Position numbers and translations under genes: made by a program. A stretch of 64,000 nt of DNA, from assembly GCA_964549595.1 (NCBI GenBank), contig CAZJWK010000004.1, positions 7,153-71,152 of the forward strand, written 5' to 3'. Each line of letters opens with the position of its first letter. Position 1 is the stretch's first letter. This document shows positions 29,445-38,525 of this stretch, piece after piece. The stretch comes from an uncultured Sphingobacteriales bacterium (GTDB taxonomy: Bacteria > Bacteroidota > Bacteroidia > CAILMK01 > CAYYUA01). A model generated the notes under the pieces. The model saw nothing but the letters and a program-made list of their open reading frames with translations, was not told the DNA's origin and made no database searches.

Positions 29445-30248
29445 TTAGGACTGACTTGAATTGGCACCCATAGCGCTCAGCATGTTGCCGTAAACCGAGT
29501 TAAGGCTACCAAGGTTTTGGTTTAATCGGTTAAATTCATCTTTTAGTTTGGCAGTTTCTTCCTGAGAACCCGAAAGATTCTCAATGGTCCTGGACAGGCT
29601 GTCGTAATATTTATTAAGGGATTTGATATGGTTGTTGGTTTCTTCAAGTTCCATATCGTAAACTGAGTTCAGGGACGCTAATTTCTGGGAAGCTTGTTTG
29701 ATTTGATCAAAATACTCTTTCGTAACCTCCGAGGATTGGTTTAGGTTCTCAAGGGCCTGAAGGTTTTCAGAATAAGATTGGTTGATTTTATCAATGTTTT
29801 GAGCGGCTTCTTTCACTTTGGAAGTGTAATCATCAGTAGCGACAGCCGCATCGGTTAGTTCACTCATTTTAGATACATTATCCGAAAATGATTTCATCCC
29901 ATCGCCCAACCGTTGTATAAGACTTTGATCGATTTGGGCTTCTTCAAAAGCTTTATCCAGTTCCTCAGAAGCTGACTTGGAACCACTTCCTTTCTTAGTA
30001 TCCTCAACACCTGCAAGCTCGGGATAGACCAATGTCCAATCATAGTCTTCTTTAATGGGTTCAAATGCAGAAATTGCAAAAATAAAGGCTTCCGTGCCCA
30101 GACCAACAATCAACATAACACCTGCACCGGGATAATGTTGTAATTTAAACAAAGCTCCTAATATCACCACAGAAGCTCCTAATCCATAAATCTTCGCCAT
30201 TATGGATTTAAACGTCTTACTTTCCAAAAAACTACCTGATTTAGCCAT
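29445..30248 (-). CDS. gldL: Gliding motility / T9SS protein GldL (PorL family)
   Basis: IYGLGASVVILGALFKL plus a second TM helix, as in GldL. The true start may be the internal Met (MAKIYG...), giving a protein of about 250 aa. Confidence 0.75.
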   Translation of the reverse strand: MAKSGSFLESKTFKSIMAKIYGLGASVVILGALFKLQHYPGAGVMLIVGLGTEAFIFAISAFEPIKEDYDWTLVYPELAGVEDTKKGSGSKSASEELDKAFEEAQIDQSLIQRLGDGMKSFSDNVSKMSELTDAAVATDDYTSKVKEAAQNIDKINQSYSENLQALENLNQSSEVTKEYFDQIKQASQKLASLNSVYDMELEETNNHIKSLNKYYDSLSRTIENLSGSQEETAKLKDEFNRLNQNLGSLNSVYGNMLSAMGANSSQS

Positions 30249-30289
30249 TTCTAAACTTTTTTATTTAAACAATTATTATCAAAGGATTA

Positions 30290-31564
30290 CTAACGATCGT
30301 TAATGGAACGCCCCATATAGGTCATTACATTACGGAAACCAATGTAGGATTTAGCGGTATCAGCATATTCATAGGAACGAACACCATTCTGAATATAATA
30401 CGCCACATCTTTCCAAGAGCCGCCTCTAATAACTTTTCTCTTGCGAGTTACTGGTTCATCTTTTTTAGCATCGTAATGATAATGGGGATTCATATCATTC
30501 ATTTTATCATAGAGCGATTCATTGAAAGCAGTTTTAGTCCATTCGGCCACATTACCAGCCATGCAATATAAACCGTAATCGTTAGGAAAATACGATGTTA
30601 CTTTAACAGGATAAAAACCTCCATCCCTGATGTAATTACCCCTCAAGGGTTTAAAATTAGCCAGGAAACAACCCTTTTTATTCCGGGTATACGGACCGCC
30701 CCATGGGTAAGGGCTAAAATCACGGCCACCTCTCGCAGCATATTCCCATTCAGCTTCAGTTGGAATTCTGAATGGATTAACATCCGGCATACCAACAGAA
30801 TTGTAATAAGCATTAAGCTTTTGCGTCCGCCAATTAGAAAATGCCCTTGCCTGATGCCAGCTAACACCCACTACCGGATAGTCATCGTAACCCGGATGAG
30901 CAAAATACAACCTTGCCATGGGATCATTGTAAGAATAGGTAAAATCCCTTATAAAAGCCAAAGTATCTGGATAAACATGAACATTTTCTTCTTCGATAAA
31001 TTTAGACCTTTTAGCCGGTTCGTGTTTGTATTTTCTCTTGGCTGCTTCGTGTAGATCAAACCATTTGTAATTATAAACTAATTTACCACTATTAAGCTTT
31101 TGTTGATTACCAATTTTATTTTCACCCTGATAGTACATATCGGCCACCATATCCTGCGTTTCCTTGAGGTTCCACTCAATTTCCTTATCCCAATTTAAGC
31201 GCGTGCCTCTATCATTTTCGATCAGGTGTTCTCCCCCTATCTTTTCTTTGGCAATAGAGTCTCTAACCCAGTAAACAAATTGTCTGTATTCATTATTGGT
31301 AATCTCAGTGTCATCCATGAAGAAAGCTTTAACCGAAACCTGTTTCGGTCGAGCAGTACGGGCATACACAACATCCTGATCGCTTTGTCCCATATGGAAA
31401 GTACCCGTAGGTACATAAACAGTACCGTAGGGTTGTGGGTGAGACCATGGATTTCTACCTTGGACACCTGTTAATTGGCCCTCAGTGTTGCTTAAACCAC
31501 AGCCTTGCAGTAAAAACGATAAAGGTATAAAAGCCAATAGGGCTATTTTCAACGATTTCATCAT
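30290..31564 (-). CDS. gldK: Gliding motility / T9SS lipoprotein GldK (PorK family; FGE-sulfatase-like fold)
   Basis: A lipobox (LLQGC) and an SUMF1/FGE-like core (GSWxxxxxYxRxxxR-type motifs: RGGSWKDVAYY). It is first in the gldK-L-M-N order. Confidence 0.8.
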   Translation of the reverse strand: MMKSLKIALLAFIPLSFLLQGCGLSNTEGQLTGVQGRNPWSHPQPYGTVYVPTGTFHMGQSDQDVVYARTARPKQVSVKAFFMDDTEITNNEYRQFVYWVRDSIAKEKIGGEHLIENDRGTRLNWDKEIEWNLKETQDMVADMYYQGENKIGNQQKLNSGKLVYNYKWFDLHEAAKRKYKHEPAKRSKFIEEENVHVYPDTLAFIRDFTYSYNDPMARLYFAHPGYDDYPVVGVSWHQARAFSNWRTQKLNAYYNSVGMPDVNPFRIPTEAEWEYAARGGRDFSPYPWGGPYTRNKKGCFLANFKPLRGNYIRDGGFYPVKVTSYFPNDYGLYCMAGNVAEWTKTAFNESLYDKMNDMNPHYHYDAKKDEPVTRKRKVIRGGSWKDVAYYIQNGVRSYEYADTAKSYIGFRNVMTYMGRSINDR

Positions 31565-31654
31565 TTTTATGATAATTTTCTATTACAAATGTTTATTCAC
31601 ACCGAACGTTTCAAAAAACGAAACTACAAAAAATTTATTATTTAACACGCAAAT

Positions 31655-32635
31655 CTAAAGATGCCTTGGGGTCCAGATGGGAAATTCTTCTTTTGGTTCT
31701 GGATTGAAATTAAAACAATAACCAATTAGTACTTCATGGGTTCCACCGCTCTTAATGTCATTGGGATTAAAGGGTAAATCAAAAGAATATCCCACTTTTA
31801 ACTTCGGGGTTAAATACATCCCCAACATGGCATTCATGGCATTTTCTCCGATTCTGTAACCCAATCCGCCCCAATATTTATCTTGCAATGTAGCCCTTAA
31901 ATTCACATCAGAAACCAACTTAGCACCATCGAATTTAAAAAGGGCTGAAGGTTTAAAACTCCATTCTTCATTCAAATCATAATTATACCCCCCTGATAAA
32001 TAAAAGTGGCGAAAATATTTTGCTTCACCACCACCCTTCAAGCTCCAACCAAGTTTAGGCTGATTTAAGTGAAGACCAGATAAACCGACATAATAGTTCC
32101 TGCCTGTTAAAAATGCCCCGATTCCCACATCAAACATTCCTTTTGAAACTTCTTTATTCGGAATTAAAGGATCGCCGTCTTCTATTGCTTTTAACTTATT
32201 ACCGTTCAATTGCTTTTGAATATATCCAATGTTCAAACCCAGGGACAAACGACCAAAAGAAAATTCTCTTTTATGACTGGCAGATGCCAAAACAGAAACC
32301 GTTGACTCAAATCCCTGTTGATCATTGAAAATTGCCAGTCCTGCTCCTTGCACAAAATCATTGATCAATGGTGCATGAACATTAAAAACCTGAGTATTTG
32401 GTGCAGACCCACCATCTATTCCTTCAAATTGTGTCCACTGGTTATGCTGAAGAAAAGTGGCACAAATTCTCCTTTCATGATTACCCGCAAATGCAGGATT
32501 ATAATTCAGTTCACTAAACATATAGTGAGAATATTGGGGATCCTGCTGCGCTTTTACTTCTTGAAAGTTCAGCAATAAAAACGACCCACTAAAAATCAAA
32601 GAAAGTAAGTAAAAATTTTGCCATCTCAACTTCAT
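31655..32635 (-). CDS. Type IX secretion system membrane protein, PorP/SprF family
   Basis: A signal peptide followed by the hallmark N-terminal motif QQDPQYSHYMFSELNYNPAFAG, then a beta-strand-rich region of about 300 aa. It lies directly upstream of gldK, as porP does in the porPKLMN arrangement. Confidence 0.75.
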   Translation of the reverse strand: MKLRWQNFYLLSLIFSGSFLLLNFQEVKAQQDPQYSHYMFSELNYNPAFAGNHERRICATFLQHNQWTQFEGIDGGSAPNTQVFNVHAPLINDFVQGAGLAIFNDQQGFESTVSVLASASHKREFSFGRLSLGLNIGYIQKQLNGNKLKAIEDGDPLIPNKEVSKGMFDVGIGAFLTGRNYYVGLSGLHLNQPKLGWSLKGGGEAKYFRHFYLSGGYNYDLNEEWSFKPSALFKFDGAKLVSDVNLRATLQDKYWGGLGYRIGENAMNAMLGMYLTPKLKVGYSFDLPFNPNDIKSGGTHEVLIGYCFNFNPEPKEEFPIWTPRHL

Positions 32636-32782
32636 GTATTCAATGGTTTAATTGATGCTTCAAATATAGAAACAATATTCAAAGGAACAAACTAAACTTT
32701 AAAAATCTAAACGATGGTTTTTTAATCCTATTGTTTTAATAGAAAAGGTGGTCCCAACTTCCCAGCAAATATTCACCAAACC

Positions 32783-33535
32783 TTATTGCTTAGGGTTGTT
32801 ATATTTCCTTATATAGTTTTCAAGGGCCATTTTCATGGAAGGAGCCTGAGGAGAAGGGGCTTCAATATTAAGTTCCAGTCCCGCTTTTTTTACTTCTTTA
32901 CAGGTTTTGGGACCAAAGGCAGCGATTTTGGTATCATTTTGCTCAAAATCGGGAAAATTTTCCAATAATGAGCGTATCCCGGAAGGGCTAAAAAAGGCCA
33001 GAATATCATAATCCACATTTCTTAGCTCCGAAAGATCATTGTAAATGGTTCGGTACATCGTGGCCTCAGTAAACTTAATCTTGTATTTACGTAAGGTTTT
33101 AGCAAATTCATTCTTACTTACATTAGATTGCGGTATTAAATACCGCTCATTTTTGTGTTTTAGTAGTAGGCTTTCGAATCCCTTATCCTTGGACTTTGGG
33201 AAAAAAACCTTCCGCTTACGGTAAGTTATGAATTTTTGGAGGTAAAGGGCTATCGCTTCTGTTACACAAAAATACTTCATTTCAGCAGGGACTTCTATTC
33301 GTAGGTCTTCACATAACCTAAAAAAATGTTCAATGGCTGTCCTGCTGGTCATGACAATTGCTGTATGCTTTAATATGCTTATTTTGCTCCTTCTAAATTC
33401 CTTAGCAGTCACACCCTCTACCTTAATAAAAGGGTAAAACTGAATATCTACGTTGTATTTATCTTTTAATTCCTGGTAAGGAGAACTACCATTTGAAGGT
33501 TCGGGCTGAGAGATAAGGATGTTTTTTATTTTCAC
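32783..33535 (-). CDS. hemD: Uroporphyrinogen-III synthase-like (HemD family) protein
   Basis: A 250-aa two-lobed HemD-like pattern (ILISQP..., FFSPSGIRSL) of a kind commonly found next to T9SS genes in Flavobacteriia. Confidence 0.55.
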   Translation of the reverse strand: MKIKNILISQPEPSNGSSPYQELKDKYNVDIQFYPFIKVEGVTAKEFRRSKISILKHTAIVMTSRTAIEHFFRLCEDLRIEVPAEMKYFCVTEAIALYLQKFITYRKRKVFFPKSKDKGFESLLLKHKNERYLIPQSNVSKNEFAKTLRKYKIKFTEATMYRTIYNDLSELRNVDYDILAFFSPSGIRSLLENFPDFEQNDTKIAAFGPKTCKEVKKAGLELNIEAPSPQAPSMKMALENYIRKYNNPKQ

Positions 33536-33560
33536 TATGATTAATTAATTTGATTTGTTA

Positions 33561-34235
33561 TCAAAAAACATCTGTAATAAGGTCAATCACAATAATTAAC
33601 GGGGAAATTTCAACGACACAAAGGTAAAAAAAATTGTAAATAATTCCATGACGCCCTTTACCCTGAACCTGAAATAACGTTCTAAGGAAACGATAACATA
33701 AGAAAAGGATTATTAAAATGCCTAAAACATTAAAGGTGAGGGTCTTAGGTAGCAAATTAAAATAAGTCATCAAAAATACCATTGGTAAAAGGATAATACC
33801 TATCACACGATTAAAAATCAAAAGCTGATAAAGAAAAAATCTTTTATATCCGCCTTCATAAAATACGCCGGTAAAGGCTGTGTAAAGGAGGAGGTGAGCC
33901 AAATAAATACCCGTAACCCATAGTAAAGTTTCCCAAAAATCCATATCAGCAAGCATCTCACTGGGGTATTGAAACAAGTAAAATGCAATGCTACCTAAAA
34001 AAACAAGATCCAGAAAAATATTGACCAAATTCCAGCTTAACTTCCCCTCTCGCAATATTAAGTTAATATAATTAAAGTCCAGAATGCTACGAAATAAATC
34101 ATTAAAATAAAAGGGGTCTAACACTTTAACCAACCCTAAAAGGAGCAGGAACAAAATTAACAGGAAAAAAAGTATGGTATTTTCCTGAAGCCCATTTGCT
34201 AAAGCATTGCCTCCAATAACAATTAAATAATTCAT
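33561..34235 (-). CDS. Polytopic membrane protein (DUF4271-like)
   Basis: A 224-aa protein with 5-6 predicted TM helices. Conserved neighbours of hemD-like genes in Flavobacteriia are usually annotated DUF4271; this is assigned from memory. Confidence 0.4.
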   Translation of the reverse strand: MNYLIVIGGNALANGLQENTILFFLLILFLLLLGLVKVLDPFYFNDLFRSILDFNYINLILREGKLSWNLVNIFLDLVFLGSIAFYLFQYPSEMLADMDFWETLLWVTGIYLAHLLLYTAFTGVFYEGGYKRFFLYQLLIFNRVIGIILLPMVFLMTYFNLLPKTLTFNVLGILIILFLCYRFLRTLFQVQGKGRHGIIYNFFYLCVVEISPLIIVIDLITDVF

Positions 34236-34308
34236 AGTTAGCCTTAGGTACGGGGTGGCTTTAAATTTTCAAAAATACCTTTTAAACAAAATATCATCTC
34301 AATAAGCA

Positions 34309-36078
34309 TTAAAACAGGTTGATAAAACCAAAGTGGATTTGCCCGTTTCTAAACTGAAGCGGTTGACCGGATTGCTGTCCTATTGCATAATTAAGGGAAA
34401 ATAAGCCGGCCCCTGTTTCAAAAGTATAACCCAGCCCAAAGCCATAAGGCCTGCCATAATTAGTTTCATTTACAAGCTTTTGCTGGTAAAAAGCTTGATC
34501 AAAAAAAAGGGTAAAATAATCATTTTTTGCCGTCAAAAGCCTGAATTCCAAGGTACCAATGCCATATGAACTTGCCGAAATACTCCCTTCATCAAACCCT
34601 CTCAAATCCTGAAATCCCCCAAATTGAAACAGTTGATTCCTCAGAATTTTATCGTCCACCAAATGTTTCCCCTCTATTTTGGCCATTAAAGTGGTTTGCT
34701 CACCCAACTTAAAAAAATACTGGCCTAAAAAAGTTAGTTTGTAAAGGACTTTTTTACTTTTCAATGAATCAACTTTCCTATCTTCCAGTTGGGGATTAGG
34801 ATTTAGGGATTTTTGCCCGGCACTTCCATTTAAATTAATCCTGTATCCTTTAGTGGGATTCAAACGGTAATCCAAATCCTGGTAATTAGCACCTATTCCA
34901 TAAAATTGAACATCATAATTGGCAAACTGGGATAAATTGTTAGCCCGTTTAAAACCAGAAGGGTTTATTAAATTGGATTGGCTTGATTCATAAAAAACCT
35001 TACCGTAATTATTTCCTGAAAACAAGTACCTCACTCCAAGCTCCCAACCCACATTTAAATACAAAGTATCGAATTTAATTAAATCCAATGATGCTTCTGC
35101 CCCAATCGGGAAATTCAGGAAAAAAGGATAATGATAATCCAACCTTAATTCCTGGCTCCTTTCACGAATCTTTTGCCAGTTCAAGTCTATAGACATGGCC
35201 TGCCCAAAGGGATTTCTCAACCGCAAACCCACCTCACCGGTTAATCTAAGCCCGTCTTCTCCTCCTGTTTGGGGGGAAACTCCCACTATGCCATTTACCC
35301 TACTGGCAGGAGATTGCTTAAGGTAAAGCTTAATATGAGCCTTTCCCCTTTGAAAATCTACCCCGGGCTCTGCTGTGGTCTTAAGGAAAGCCAATTGATC
35401 AATACGATCCTTGAGTGATTTTACATCGTTTTCATTGTAAAGCCGGCCTGAATCAATTTTTAAATACCTGCGCAAATAGCGTTTCGAAACATTCACCTTC
35501 CCTGGTATAGTCAGATCTCCATAAGTGACCCGAGGCCCCTTGTCAATCTTTAAAGAGGCACTCAATGCATTATTTTTAAAACGAAGTTCAGCCAAACGGA
35601 TGGCTGCAAAGGGATGCCCATGGTTTTCTGCATATTCCAGAATGGCTTCCATCAATTGGCTTATTTCTTCAGCCCGTAGGGGGTCTCCTTTAAACATATT
35701 CGTTGAATACCCCTTCTTTCTTAGCCACCCTTCATTGACATTACCTGATTTAAGCTTAACCCACCGATATTTCTTTCCGACTTTCACCAAAGCTTTATAG
35801 GTTAATGAGTCTTTTTTTTGAAAAGCATCCACGCTTGCTTCAAGATATCCTTCATGCCAATACTTCTGCAGTAAATCCCTAAGGGCAAAACGAATAGCAA
35901 CGGAGTCCCTGAAACGCTTTTCTTTCGGAATTTTTTTGCTAATTACACTCGAATCACCTTTTACAGTTAAATCCAAACGAAAAGTATTCTGCCCGAAAAC
36001 AGAAGTAAACAAAAGGCAATTCAAAAGCATCCATACCACAAAAACCTTCCAAATAAGATGTTTATTTAGTGGTCTCAA
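34309..36078 (-). CDS. Putative outer-membrane beta-barrel protein (Omp85/BamA-like with POTRA-like N-terminal region)
   Basis: A signal peptide. The C-terminal 300 aa are beta-strand-rich with alternating aromatics and end in FGFINLF, an aromatic terminus typical of OMP barrels. The family call is tentative. Confidence 0.4.
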   Translation of the reverse strand: MRPLNKHLIWKVFVVWMLLNCLLFTSVFGQNTFRLDLTVKGDSSVISKKIPKEKRFRDSVAIRFALRDLLQKYWHEGYLEASVDAFQKKDSLTYKALVKVGKKYRWVKLKSGNVNEGWLRKKGYSTNMFKGDPLRAEEISQLMEAILEYAENHGHPFAAIRLAELRFKNNALSASLKIDKGPRVTYGDLTIPGKVNVSKRYLRRYLKIDSGRLYNENDVKSLKDRIDQLAFLKTTAEPGVDFQRGKAHIKLYLKQSPASRVNGIVGVSPQTGGEDGLRLTGEVGLRLRNPFGQAMSIDLNWQKIRERSQELRLDYHYPFFLNFPIGAEASLDLIKFDTLYLNVGWELGVRYLFSGNNYGKVFYESSQSNLINPSGFKRANNLSQFANYDVQFYGIGANYQDLDYRLNPTKGYRINLNGSAGQKSLNPNPQLEDRKVDSLKSKKVLYKLTFLGQYFFKLGEQTTLMAKIEGKHLVDDKILRNQLFQFGGFQDLRGFDEGSISASSYGIGTLEFRLLTAKNDYFTLFFDQAFYQQKLVNETNYGRPYGFGLGYTFETGAGLFSLNYAIGQQSGQPLQFRNGQIHFGFINLF

Positions 36079-36364
36079 TTAAAGGCTATTTTCAAATGAA
36101 TTCCATTTAGCAATTTAAGGCCCATAGGTTACAAATTAATTAAAAAGCAGGATTTTAGTAAATTCGGAGTAAATAAACCTTTATGAGCGAATTCAAAAAT
36201 AAACGAATGCCCAACTATTTAATTCAATAACAATTGAGCTATGGTTGCTATGGTAATTAAACCGGAATAAAGTGCCCAATTTTGAAATCTTTTACCCTGT
36301 TTTTCGCTTATTAAATTGAAACCCGTGTAAGAAAATCATTTAAACTAAAACATCAATTTACTGA

Positions 36365-37495
36365 ATGGCGAGGATTTATATTCATATACCATTTTGCAGA
36401 AAAGCATGTGCTTATTGCAACTTTCATTTTTCCACCTTGCTAAAAAACAAGGAAAGCATCATTGAGGCCTTATTGGTTGAAATTTCACTAAGGGAAGATT
36501 TTTTCGCTAATAAAACCCTGGATAGTATTTATTTCGGTGGAGGCACCCCTTCTCTGTTATCCGAAAATGAATTAGCCAGGATCTTTGACAAACTCAGAAC
36601 CCATTTCACTATTAAAAATAATGCGGAAATTACCCTGGAAATAAACCCGGATGATTGTTCCAAAGAATACTTAAACGCCTTAAAAAAAGTAGGCTTTAAT
36701 CGTTTGAGTATTGGCATTCAATCTTTTCATGACAAAGACCTTGAATATTTAGGACGGGTTCATAATGCCTTGCAATCTCATCAAATCATCCAGGAAGCGA
36801 AAAAGGCTGGTTTTGATAACCTGACGGTGGATCTTATTTACGGTTTGCCAAGTTCAAACACGGATCAATGGAAAAACAACCTACAATTTATTAAAGAATA
36901 CCAAATACCTCATTTTTCTGCCTATGCAATAACGATAGAGCCCAAGACCCTTTTGGAAAACCGGATTAAAAAAGGGAAAATGCAGGAGCCGGAAGAAGCT
37001 AAATACGAAGAGGATTTCTCAAACCTTTTAGATTTTGCAGACCGTCATGGTTTTGACCATTACGAAATTTCCAACTTTTCATTAGATCACTATATGGCTT
37101 TCCACAACACAAGTTATTGGTTTGGGGAGCCCTTTTTAGGCATCGGACCGGGTGCCCATTCATTTGATGGGTACAAAAGAAAATGGAACATTGCTAACAA
37201 TGCCCGTTATGAGCAATCTCTGAATAAAGGTGTTTTACCACTTGAAGAAGAAAGCCTGACCGAGAAAGAAAAATTCAATGAAACTGTGATGACAGGGCTC
37301 CGAACAAAATGGGGCCTTGACCTTTCTGCCATTTATTCCGAATATGGTCGTTTTTATCATGATTACCTGGATCAGAAACTACGCAAATGGGAAGCAAAAG
37401 GGGCACTAAAAACCCATAATGGACACTATTACCTTCAATCCCGACAAACTTTATTAGCAGATCACATTATTGCAGATTGTTTTTATGTAGCATAA
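36365..37495 (+). CDS. hemW: Radical SAM family heme chaperone HemW (coproporphyrinogen III oxidase-like)
   Basis: IYIHIPFCRKACAYCNF carries the CxxxCxxC radical-SAM cluster. The length and C-terminal HemN_C region match. Confidence 0.85.
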   Translation: MARIYIHIPFCRKACAYCNFHFSTLLKNKESIIEALLVEISLREDFFANKTLDSIYFGGGTPSLLSENELARIFDKLRTHFTIKNNAEITLEINPDDCSKEYLNALKKVGFNRLSIGIQSFHDKDLEYLGRVHNALQSHQIIQEAKKAGFDNLTVDLIYGLPSSNTDQWKNNLQFIKEYQIPHFSAYAITIEPKTLLENRIKKGKMQEPEEAKYEEDFSNLLDFADRHGFDHYEISNFSLDHYMAFHNTSYWFGEPFLGIGPGAHSFDGYKRKWNIANNARYEQSLNKGVLPLEEESLTEKEKFNETVMTGLRTKWGLDLSAIYSEYGRFYHDYLDQKLRKWEAKGALKTHNGHYYLQSRQTLLADHIIADCFYVA

Positions 37496-37507
37496 AGCAA
37501 GAAAAAA

Positions 37508-38263
37508 ATGAAAAAAGCTGAAATCCAATTTAACCATGAGTCTTTTGAACTTGATTTTGCCGATTTTATTGATATTTCGATTGGTATCAGGAAGGCGGAT
37601 AATGTCAATGCCTTTTTCTTACCGAATCCGGCATTTGAAACCGTAAAAGCGGGAGATTTCATCGGGGATGTCAACCAGGGAGGAAGTTGCAACGTAGAGA
37701 ATATCGCCATTAGCCCCCACGGTAATGGTACTCATACGGAGTGTTTAGGCCATATTAGCAAGGAAAAACATTTGCTTGATGATTGTTTGCAGGAGTACCA
37801 TTTTTTAGCAAGCCTCATTACTGTAAATTTAACAGAAAACAGCACCCATAAATGGCTAAGTGAGGAAAGTTTACACAATGCGTTGAGCAAAATAAACGGT
37901 GAATTTGAGGCACTAATCGTTCGAACAACCCCAAATCCTGCTTACAAGAAAAATTGCGTTTATTCCGGAAAACAACCTCCTTACATCACAGAAAATGGAA
38001 TGAAACTGATTAAAAAAACCGGTATCAATCACCTTTTGGTTGACCTGCCTTCCCTTGACCATGAAGAAAATCCGGACTTACCAGCACATCATGCTTTTTT
38101 TGAATACCCGGAAAACCCTAAAACCGAAAACACCGTTACAGAAATGGTTTACATCCCTGATAATGTTGCCGATGGCATTTACCTTTTAAATTTACAGGTA
38201 ATAAGCCTGGAAAGTGATGCAAGCCCCTGCAAACCCATCCTTTATCACCTCACTAAAAAGTAA
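37508..38263 (+). CDS. Cyclase-family protein (kynurenine formamidase-like)
   Basis: HGNGTHTECLGH resembles the cyclase HxGTHxDxPxH motif, and LIVRTT and HLLVD resemble the conserved cyclase-family blocks. Confidence 0.5.
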   Translation: MKKAEIQFNHESFELDFADFIDISIGIRKADNVNAFFLPNPAFETVKAGDFIGDVNQGGSCNVENIAISPHGNGTHTECLGHISKEKHLLDDCLQEYHFLASLITVNLTENSTHKWLSEESLHNALSKINGEFEALIVRTTPNPAYKKNCVYSGKQPPYITENGMKLIKKTGINHLLVDLPSLDHEENPDLPAHHAFFEYPENPKTENTVTEMVYIPDNVADGIYLLNLQVISLESDASPCKPILYHLTKK

Positions 38264-38525
38264 GGGTTTTTACCCCTTAAAAGGCACTTGGATTATCAGG
38301 AGCCAATTTAACGGATAAAATCAAAGGTTAAAAGCAACTTTTGGCCTTTTAAATCGTTTCTTACTTAGCGACTAATTTTGCGTTGAGGGTCTTAAATTTT
38401 TGAAACCTTTAACCATAAAAAATTTTTATGATTAGGGGGTTACTAAATTAATGCCCGATAAGGTAGTGTATTAAAACGAATACCTAAACGAGCTTTAGTA
38501 ATTCCGGCAACAAAAAACAGAGCCA

